DNA from: an uncultured Thermoanaerobaculia bacterium
GTDB taxonomy: Bacteria; Acidobacteriota; Thermoanaerobaculia; Multivoradales; JAGPDF01
Assembly (NCBI GenBank): GCA_964618415.1
Contig: CAZUAT010000002.1
Location: 47,758 to 111,757 of the forward strand
Length of the DNA stretch: 64,000 bases
Direction: 5' to 3'
Shown: positions 57,784-64,000 of the stretch, piece by piece
How the letters are laid out: every line of letters begins with the position of its first letter
Numbering within the stretch: the first letter of the stretch is position 1
Notes under the pieces: generated by a model
The model's input: the letters and a program-made list of their open reading frames with translations, nothing else
The model's database searches: none
Told to the model about the DNA's origin: nothing
Program-made: the position numbers and the translations under genes

Positions 57784-59139
57784 ATGAGCCGGACGCTGCA
57801 CGTCTGCCAGGCCTGCGGGCACCAGTCGCTCAAGTGGCTGGGGCGCTGCCCGGAGTGTGGCGCCTGGTCGAGCTTCGTCGAGGAGGTGCGCGACACGCCG
57901 CGCCGCGCAGCGGCGTCGAAAGGCGGCGGCGCGACGCTGGTGGCCCTGTCGGAGGTCGAGCAGGAGGCGGTGGTGCGGGCGCCGTCCGGGCTGGCGCAGC
58001 TCGACCGGGTGCTGGGCGGCGGAGTGGTCGAAGGCGGGGCGGTGCTGCTCGCCGGCGAGCCGGGGATCGGCAAGTCGACCCTGCTGCTGCAGGTGGCCGA
58101 ACGGCTGGCGGCCGGCGGGCGCACGGTCGTCTACGCGAGCGCGGAGGAGTCGCCGCGCCAGCTGCGGCTGCGCGCCGAGCGACTCGGGGCCGTCTCGCCG
58201 GCGGTGCAGGTGGCGGGCGAGACCCGACTCGAGCCGCTGCTGGCGGCGCTCGCCGAGGCGGCGCCGGGGGCGGTACTGGTCGATTCGATCCAGGCGCTGC
58301 GCAGCGACGAGCTGGAGTCGCCGCCGGGCGCGATCGGGCAGGTGCGCCACTGCGCGCATCGGTTGGTGGAGTTCGCCAAGCGCAGCGGCGCGGCGCTCTT
58401 TCTGGTCGGCCACGTGACCAAGGAGGGGACGATCGCCGGCCCGAAGTCGCTCGAGCACCTGGTCGACACGGTGCTGTCGTTCGAAGGGGAACGCGAGTCG
58501 GAGTACCGGATTCTGCGCGCCTCGAAGAACCGCTTCGGCGCCACCGGTGAGCTGGCGATGTTCGAGATGCGCGAGAGCGGCCTGGTGCCGGTGCCCGACC
58601 CGTCCCGGGTCCTGCTGGCGCGGCGCCGCGAGGGTGCGCCCGGCTCGGCGGTGCTGCCCACGCTCTCCGGTTCGCGTCCGCTGCTGGTCGAGGTGCAGGC
58701 GCTGGTTTCACCGACCAGCTTTCCGTCCCCGCGCCGCATGGCGGTCGGCCTGGACGCCAACCGGGTGGTGCTGCTGGTGGCGGTGCTCGAGCGCTTCGCG
58801 CGGCTCGGGCTGGCCGACCGCGACGTCTTCCTCAATGTGGTCGGCGGCCTGACGATCAAGGAGCCGGCAGCCGACCTCGCGGTCGCCGCGGCGCTGATCT
58901 CGGCCACCCGCGGCGTCGTCCTGCCGCCCGACGCCGTCTACTTCGGCGAAGTCGGCCTGCTCGGCGAGATCCGCCCCGTCGGCGGCGCCGACGCCCGCCT
59001 GCGCGAAGCCACCGCCCACGGCTTCCGCCGCGCCGTCATGACCCGCACCGAAGGCCTCCAGCCCCGCGAAGGCCTCACGCGCGTCGAAGTCGCCACCCTG
59101 GAGGACCTGGCCGCCCAGATCGCTCCTGCGGACAGGTAG
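57784..59139 (+). CDS. radA: DNA repair protein RadA/Sms
   Basis: The N-terminal Zn ribbon is CQACGHQSLKWLGRCPECGAWSS. The RecA-like Walker A is GEPGIGKST. The motif KNRFG is present. It has a C-terminal Lon-protease-like domain. Confidence 0.95.
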   Translation: MSRTLHVCQACGHQSLKWLGRCPECGAWSSFVEEVRDTPRRAAASKGGGATLVALSEVEQEAVVRAPSGLAQLDRVLGGGVVEGGAVLLAGEPGIGKSTLLLQVAERLAAGGRTVVYASAEESPRQLRLRAERLGAVSPAVQVAGETRLEPLLAALAEAAPGAVLVDSIQALRSDELESPPGAIGQVRHCAHRLVEFAKRSGAALFLVGHVTKEGTIAGPKSLEHLVDTVLSFEGERESEYRILRASKNRFGATGELAMFEMRESGLVPVPDPSRVLLARRREGAPGSAVLPTLSGSRPLLVEVQALVSPTSFPSPRRMAVGLDANRVVLLVAVLERFARLGLADRDVFLNVVGGLTIKEPAADLAVAAALISATRGVVLPPDAVYFGEVGLLGEIRPVGGADARLREATAHGFRRAVMTRTEGLQPREGLTRVEVATLEDLAAQIAPADR

Positions 59140-59252
59140 TTGGAGGCAAAGACAAGAAGCTCTCTAGAAGGGAAAGACAAAGAGCCGCAGCGCCGCAGGC
59201 GGCACCGGACGGGGAGCGAGGGGGTCTCAGGTTGGCCGGCCAGCGGCCTGCC

Positions 59253-60023
59253 TCAGCGGCGGGTGCCGGGCCAGATGAGGTCGGGGGGTGGGTCGGCGGG
59301 GCGGCCGAAGACGTAGCCTTGGGCGAACTCGACGTCGAGGGCGATGACTGCGTCGAGTTCGCTCTCGGTCTCGACTCCCTCGGCGATCACCTGGGCCTCC
59401 ATCCGGTGGCAGAGGTCGACGATCGACTGCAGCAGCTTGAACTGGCGGGTGCCCGGAGTGAGGCCGGCGATCAGCTCGCGGTCGAGCTTGACGATTTCCG
59501 GGTGCAGATCCGAGATGTACTTGAGATTCGAGAAGCCGGCGCCGAGGTCGTCGATGGCCAGCGCGATCCCCTTGCGGCGGATCTCGGCCAGCACCGAGTG
59601 ACACTGCGTGAAGTACTTGAGCGGCACCGACTCGGTGATCTCGAGCGTCACCGGCCACTTGTGGCGGAACATCGGATCGTCCGGGCGGACCAGCCAGCCG
59701 TAGTCGAACTCGTGCGGATGGATGTTCAGGAAGAGCGAGTAGCCGAGACAGTGCCGGACGGCCTGCTCACGGTGGATGCAGCCCAGTTCGGCGATGCGTC
59801 CCGCCTGGATCGCCACCTCGAACATCTCCGGAGTCGACGTGAAGATATCGGTGCGCGGCCGGGCCAGCGCCTCGTAGGCGTGCAGGCGGCGGCGCTTGAC
59901 GTCGGCGATCGGCTGGAAGGCGACGTCGACCGCTCCCTCGTCGACCGCGGCATGGATGGCCCGGACCTTTTCGGCCGAGTAGAGCGAGCCGCTCGATGCT
60001 GCCAGCGAGGGGGGGAGGCTCAC
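59253..60023 (-). CDS. Stand-alone EAL-domain protein, a putative c-di-GMP phosphodiesterase
   Basis: The motifs are EALAR, DDLGAGFSNL, KLDRELI and EGVETESEL. It is about 257 aa long. The GTG start overlaps the purC stop in a GTGA overlap. Confidence 0.75.
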   Translation of the reverse strand: MSLPPSLAASSGSLYSAEKVRAIHAAVDEGAVDVAFQPIADVKRRRLHAYEALARPRTDIFTSTPEMFEVAIQAGRIAELGCIHREQAVRHCLGYSLFLNIHPHEFDYGWLVRPDDPMFRHKWPVTLEITESVPLKYFTQCHSVLAEIRRKGIALAIDDLGAGFSNLKYISDLHPEIVKLDRELIAGLTPGTRQFKLLQSIVDLCHRMEAQVIAEGVETESELDAVIALDVEFAQGYVFGRPADPPPDLIWPGTRR

Positions 60024-60925
60024 AGATCCTCGGGCTTCCGTCCGGTCAGGCGCTCGAAAGCCGCCACGTAGCGGTCGCGTGTTCCCTGCACGACCTCGTC
60101 GGGCAGCGCCGGCGGGGCCGACTCGCGGTCCCAGCCGACCGAGTCCAGCCAGTTGCGGACGAACTGCTTGTCGAACGACACCGGTTCGGTCCCGGGCTGC
60201 CACGCGTCGGCCTCCCAGTAGCGCGACGAATCGGGCGTCAGCGCCTCGTCGATCAGCGTGATCTCGCCGTCGATCCAGCCGAACTCGAACTTCGTGTCGG
60301 CCAGCAGCAGACCGGCGGCGGCCGCCTGGGCGGCGCCAGCGGCGTAGAGCGCCAGGGTCAGGTCGCGCAGCCGGGTCGCCACCTCCACGCCCAGCTCGTC
60401 GGCTACCCGCGCGAACGTGACGTTCTCGTCGTGGCCGGACTCGGCCTTGGTGGCCGGCGTGAAGATCGGCACCGGCAGGCGGCTGGCCCGCTCGAGTCCT
60501 CCCGGCAGCGGCACGCCGCAGACGGCGCCGCCCTCGACGTATTCGCGATAACCGCTGCCGGCCAGGTAGCCGCGCGCCACGCACTCGAACGGGATCACCT
60601 TGGCCTTGCGGGCGAGCACCGCGCGGCCGCGCAGCAGGTCGGCGTGGCGGCGCACCTCCGGCGGCATGGCGTCGAGATCGGCGGTAACGAGGTGATTGCC
60701 CACCACGCTGGCGAGTCGCTCGAACCACCAGTTCGTCAGCTGGCTGAGGACCTTGCCCTTGCCCGGGATCGGGGGGCGCAGCACATGGTCGTAGGCCGAC
60801 AGGCGGTCCGTGGCGACGATCAGCAACTCATCGCCCAGATCGAAGACGTCGCGCACCTTGCCGCGCCTGGGCGCAGGCAGACCCGCCAGATCCAGTTCCC
60901 AGACCGCACCGGCTTGCGAACTCAT
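60020..60925 (-). CDS. purC: Phosphoribosylaminoimidazole-succinocarboxamide synthase (SAICAR synthetase), long form
   Basis: It spans 301 aa. The motifs are GKVRDVF, then ATDRLSAYD and then LLADTKFEFG. Confidence 0.9.
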   Translation of the reverse strand: MSSQAGAVWELDLAGLPAPRRGKVRDVFDLGDELLIVATDRLSAYDHVLRPPIPGKGKVLSQLTNWWFERLASVVGNHLVTADLDAMPPEVRRHADLLRGRAVLARKAKVIPFECVARGYLAGSGYREYVEGGAVCGVPLPGGLERASRLPVPIFTPATKAESGHDENVTFARVADELGVEVATRLRDLTLALYAAGAAQAAAAGLLLADTKFEFGWIDGEITLIDEALTPDSSRYWEADAWQPGTEPVSFDKQFVRNWLDSVGWDRESAPPALPDEVVQGTRDRYVAAFERLTGRKPEDL

Positions 60926-60943
60926 GTGCCTCCCGCGATGATG

Positions 60944-62941
60944 TCACGCTCCGAGCGTGGCCCGGAACTCCCTTTCGATCAGATCGACCAGATCGCCGCC
61001 GCGCAGTTCGAGCAGCGTGTGGTCCCCCCAGAGCCCGGCGTCGACGATCTCGTAGATCGGCGTGTTGTCGAGGCCCTTGAGCTGCGCCACCCCGAGCTTC
61101 CGGAAGCCGGCCAGCAGACTGTGGCCGGGCACCTCGAGCTTGACCGCGGTCCAGGTGCGATCGCCGTCGACCAGGCGGAAGACGCGGTCGAAAGCGCGCT
61201 CGCCGCTCAGCCGGGCGACCAGCTCGCCGGTCGCCACGATCCCCTCGTTGACCAGCGATCCGTTGGTGTTGATGTAGGCGAAGAAGCCGCGCTCCTGCTC
61301 CTGCTTGTCGACCACGTCGGCGTTGCGCTTGTACATCGGCGCGAAGAAGCGGTTGACCGTCGCCTCCGGGTAGCCGTTGATGATCAGCAGATTGCGGATC
61401 TCCTCGATGTCCCGGTGCCCCTTGCCCGTCGTCAGGCGGGTCAGTTCCACCACGCCGTGGCCGAAGAACTCGTAGCGCTCGGCTTCGGTTGCGACGCCGA
61501 TGCGGATCGGCAGCAGCCGGTACTGGCCGTGATTGAGCGCGATCCGCAGGCCCTTGCTGAACGGGAAGCCGCGCGTGAGTGCCTCGCGATAGGCGCGCTG
61601 GATCAGGATTGCCAGCCCGACCAGGTAGCGCGCCTCGCGACTCGAGTAGAAGGCGCCGTCGCCGAGGTACTTCTCGAGCTTCGCGCGGTGCTGGGTGGCG
61701 AGTCGGTTCACCTTGCGCTGGAAGCGGAACATCATCCGGAACGAGCGGTCCTGCTCGAGCGTGCCCGAGCGCCGGAGCATGGTCACCGTCTCGGTGAAGT
61801 CGGAGATGTCGTAGACCAGACCGAAGCGCGACACCACCGGGTCGACCACCCAGGGCGCCATGAAGTCGAGCGGCCGGGTGCTTCCCGACAGTCGCACCCA
61901 TTCGGCCTGTCCGCCAGCTCCGCGCGGCGATCGGGTCTGGCCCACCAGCGCGTCGCCCTGGCGCTCGCACAGCACGATCGAGCGGCGCATCGCCTGCAGC
62001 AGCTCGAACTCCTTGAGCTTGAGCAGCAGGTTCTCCCAGACGTGGACGAGCTGCGGCGACAGCAGCTGCTCGGAGTCCCAGCCGGCGCGCGAGGCGAGAA
62101 AGGTCACCATGCCGGGCCGGTTGAGGTGGGTTCGCGGGTCGTCGGTGCGCGGCAGACCGAGCACGCCTGCCAGGCGCGCCAGCTCCGGGTCGCTGCGCAG
62201 CTCGGTGGCATACCACTCGGTGAGCCGCAGCAGCCGGGTGCGGAAGTCGCGCCCGTCGAGCCGCAGGCAGCCGTTGAAGTAGCTCGACAGTTCCGCGAGG
62301 TTGGGGCTGACGTGCGTCTCGGAGAGGATCAGCACGTTGTCCCGCATGCGGGTGAACAGCGCCGGGAATAGCTGCTCTTCCTCCTCGTCGGTGTCGCTCG
62401 ACAGCCGCTGCGCCAGCTCGTAATTGAGATTGGTCAGCCGGTCGATCACCTTCTGCAGCACGCGGTACTTGAGCAGGTCGCCCCAGTCGCGCCCGGCGGT
62501 GGCGTCTCGGCGCAGGAAGCGCTTCGGCGTCTCGCGCAGCACCCGCGCCATGGTGCCGGAGTGCCAGAGCCAGAAGATCGCCGGGAAGCTGCGGCCGTAG
62601 CTGGCGGTCGTGACGTTCTCGGCCGCCCGCATCAGCAGCAGGCGGTAGCTCTCCCACGAGCCCTGAAAAGTGGGGGAGTCGAAGGAGCTGCGCTGCAGGA
62701 TGGCGAGCTCGACCTCCTCCTCCTGGATGACGTAGTGCTCGAATGCGCGCTCGAGCGCGTCGAGCTCGGGCGTCGTGAGCACCGGAAATCCGTGCAGCGG
62801 CGTTGCCGCCTCGTCCTCGAGGTAAATGCGGTGCAGGGGGGGCAGCGAACGTTCCGCATCCGGCAGGATTCGTCGGATCTCCTCGGGGTCCCGGAGCAGG
62901 AAGTTGAACGGACCGGTGAGGAGCTGGACGAACGGGACCAT
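60944..62941 (-). CDS. Hypothetical 665-aa protein with a C-terminal divergent class III nucleotidyl-cyclase-like (palm) domain and an N-terminal region of unknown function
   Basis: In the C-terminal half, VYDISDFTETVTML parallels the cyclase motif F-x-D-I-x-G-F-T. KYLGDGAFYSS parallels KTIGDAYM. GLRIALNHGQYRLLPI...YEFFGHGVVELTRL parallels GIHTGPVVAG...YDVWGDTVNLASR. Both metal-binding Asp positions are conserved. No TM or signal peptide is present. Confidence 0.5.
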   Translation of the reverse strand: MVPFVQLLTGPFNFLLRDPEEIRRILPDAERSLPPLHRIYLEDEAATPLHGFPVLTTPELDALERAFEHYVIQEEEVELAILQRSSFDSPTFQGSWESYRLLLMRAAENVTTASYGRSFPAIFWLWHSGTMARVLRETPKRFLRRDATAGRDWGDLLKYRVLQKVIDRLTNLNYELAQRLSSDTDEEEEQLFPALFTRMRDNVLILSETHVSPNLAELSSYFNGCLRLDGRDFRTRLLRLTEWYATELRSDPELARLAGVLGLPRTDDPRTHLNRPGMVTFLASRAGWDSEQLLSPQLVHVWENLLLKLKEFELLQAMRRSIVLCERQGDALVGQTRSPRGAGGQAEWVRLSGSTRPLDFMAPWVVDPVVSRFGLVYDISDFTETVTMLRRSGTLEQDRSFRMMFRFQRKVNRLATQHRAKLEKYLGDGAFYSSREARYLVGLAILIQRAYREALTRGFPFSKGLRIALNHGQYRLLPIRIGVATEAERYEFFGHGVVELTRLTTGKGHRDIEEIRNLLIINGYPEATVNRFFAPMYKRNADVVDKQEQERGFFAYINTNGSLVNEGIVATGELVARLSGERAFDRVFRLVDGDRTWTAVKLEVPGHSLLAGFRKLGVAQLKGLDNTPIYEIVDAGLWGDHTLLELRGGDLVDLIEREFRATLGA

Positions 62942-63135
62942 GAGGTCTCTGGAGTCTCGGGCGCGTACTCGGGTGCGGATGCCGCGTGGTGTCTGCGCGA
63001 CCTTATCGCATCCCGGGCGCCTGCGAACGCGCCGTGGACGCTCTCCGGCTGCGGCCCGGATCGGCCGAACGGATTGATAGACTCCCGTCCGCTCCGGACT
63101 CGGCCTGCCGCCGACCCGCGGCCCTTCGACCGGAC

Positions 63136-64000
63136 ATGCCGACCGCGCCAGCCCCGACCGCCGTTCCCGCCCCCGGTCCGCCCGGGACGCTCGCCTTGGA
63201 GGTCGACCTCGACGTCACCGTGCTCGTGCCAGTGCTCGACGAGGAGGGTTCGGTCGAGGAGCTCGCCGCGCGGGTGGCCGGCGTCCTCGACGGCCTCGGG
63301 CGCAGCTTCGAGATCATTTTCGTCGACGACGGTTCGCGCGACGCGACGGTTGAGCGGATCCGCGCCGCCCGGCAGCGCGACGACCGGGTGAAGCTGGTGC
63401 GGCTGCGGCGCAACTTCGGCAAGGCCGCGGCGCTCACCGCGGGGTTCGATCGTGCCCGCGGGCGCTGCGTGGTCACCATCGACGGCGACCTGCAGGACGA
63501 CCCGGACGAGATCCCGCGGCTGCTCGAGGGGGTCGAGTCGGGCAATCTCGACCTGGTCTCGGGGTGGAAGAAGGAGCGCCGCGACCCGCTGTCGAAGACG
63601 CTGCCTTCGCGGCTGTTCAACTGGGCAACCCGGCGGGTGGCGCAGGTCGATCTGCACGACTTCAACTGCGGTTTCAAGGCCTACCGTCGCGAGGTGCTCG
63701 AGCAGGTGCCGATCTACGGCGAGCTGCACCGCTACATCCCGGTTCTGGCGGCGCGGCGCGGTTTTCGGATCGGCGAACTGGCGGTGCGCCACCACCCGCG
63801 CCGCAGCGGCGTCTCCAAGTACGGCTGGGACCGCTTCTACAAGGGGCTGCTCGACCTGCTGACCGTGCTGTTCATCACCCGCTACACGCGCCGTCCGCTG
63901 CACCTGTTCGGGGCCTTCGGCATGGCGGCCTTCGCGGCTGGCTTCCTGATCGACGCCTGGCTGGCGTTCCTGTGGGCGTTTCGCGGCGAGTCGCTCTCCA
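63136..64000 (+). CDS. GT2-family polyprenol-phosphate glycosyltransferase (DPM1/ArnC/GtrB-like). It is partial, truncated at the window end.
   Basis: Translation begins MPTAPAPTAVPAPGPP. The GT-A motifs are VLVPVLDEEGS, IIFVDDGSRD, TIDGDLQDDP and an ED-like motif. C-terminal TM helices are starting (LLDLLTVLFI). It is absent from the ORF track because no stop lies within the window. Confidence 0.75.
   Translation, partial: MPTAPAPTAVPAPGPPGTLALEVDLDVTVLVPVLDEEGSVEELAARVAGVLDGLGRSFEIIFVDDGSRDATVERIRAARQRDDRVKLVRLRRNFGKAAALTAGFDRARGRCVVTIDGDLQDDPDEIPRLLEGVESGNLDLVSGWKKERRDPLSKTLPSRLFNWATRRVAQVDLHDFNCGFKAYRREVLEQVPIYGELHRYIPVLAARRGFRIGELAVRHHPRRSGVSKYGWDRFYKGLLDLLTVLFITRYTRRPLHLFGAFGMAAFAAGFLIDAWLAFLWAFRGESLS

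Noticed and set aside
56365-58458. 697-aa minus ORF
   Set aside because: It lies antisense to mlaD and radA.
59996-62657. 791-aa plus ORF and 609-aa minus ORF (60828..62657)
   Set aside because: The plus ORF is antisense to purC and the cyclase-like gene. The 609-aa minus ORF is an alternative frame inside the 665-aa gene with extreme R/A/G/P composition.
62632-63903. 423-aa minus ORF
   Set aside because: It lies antisense to the GT2 glycosyltransferase, whose DxD/GT-A motifs are clear in the plus frame starting at 63136.

Overview
This is a 64-kb window of very high-GC (~70%) chromosomal DNA from a diderm (Gram-negative-type) bacterium. It is densely packed with housekeeping genes on both strands, many of them translationally coupled through ATGA/GTGA 4-bp start-stop overlaps. 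Many six-frame ORFs in the supplied track are antisense or merged high-GC artefacts and are rejected. The housekeeping blocks I could recognise, in window order, are:
- Envelope biogenesis: pal, lolC/E-lolD, clpC, bamA, skp, lpxD, fabZ, lpxA and an Mla system in the order mlaE-mlaF-mlaD.
- Nucleoside and nucleotide salvage: punA, mtnP, surE, pcm, apt, deoA and guaA.
- Lipid and other synthesis: cinA, plsY, gpsA, the acpS-lspA-rluD run and a partial GT2 glycosyltransferase.
- Histidine catabolism: hutH and hutU.
- Replication and repair: the dnaB-alr pair and radA.
- Aminoacyl-tRNA synthetases and related: lysS, def, cysS and yraN.
- tRNAs: five in total, Arg-CCT, Gly-CCC and a Gly-GCC / Cys-GCA / Leu-UAA cluster behind a near-consensus sigma70 promoter.
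I found no CRISPR array, transposase or integrase. The most interesting material is non-housekeeping:
- An apparent seven-gene extracytoplasmic operon at about 29.7-42.8 kb. It runs from a giant multi-sensor histidine kinase through a lipoprotein, a metzincin-type zinc protease, a glutaminyl cyclase, a DUF4339-AIM24 protein and a four-PDZ HtrA protease to an adjacent catalytically dead S1 paralogue.
- A signalling operon at about 59.2-62.9 kb in which purC is sandwiched between a stand-alone EAL phosphodiesterase and a 665-aa protein carrying a divergent class III nucleotidyl-cyclase-like palm domain.
- A secreted FecR-domain protein with a Trp/Gly/Tyr-rich repeat block and a long Pro/Thr-rich tail. 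It sits divergently from a TPR plus cNMP-binding protein that is start-stop coupled to def.
- A Gfo/Idh/MocA (GnnA-like) oxidoreductase fused onto the end of the lpxD-fabZ-lpxA cluster.
- A low-GC purine-rich inverted-repeat element next to the tRNA cluster, with a related copy after radA.
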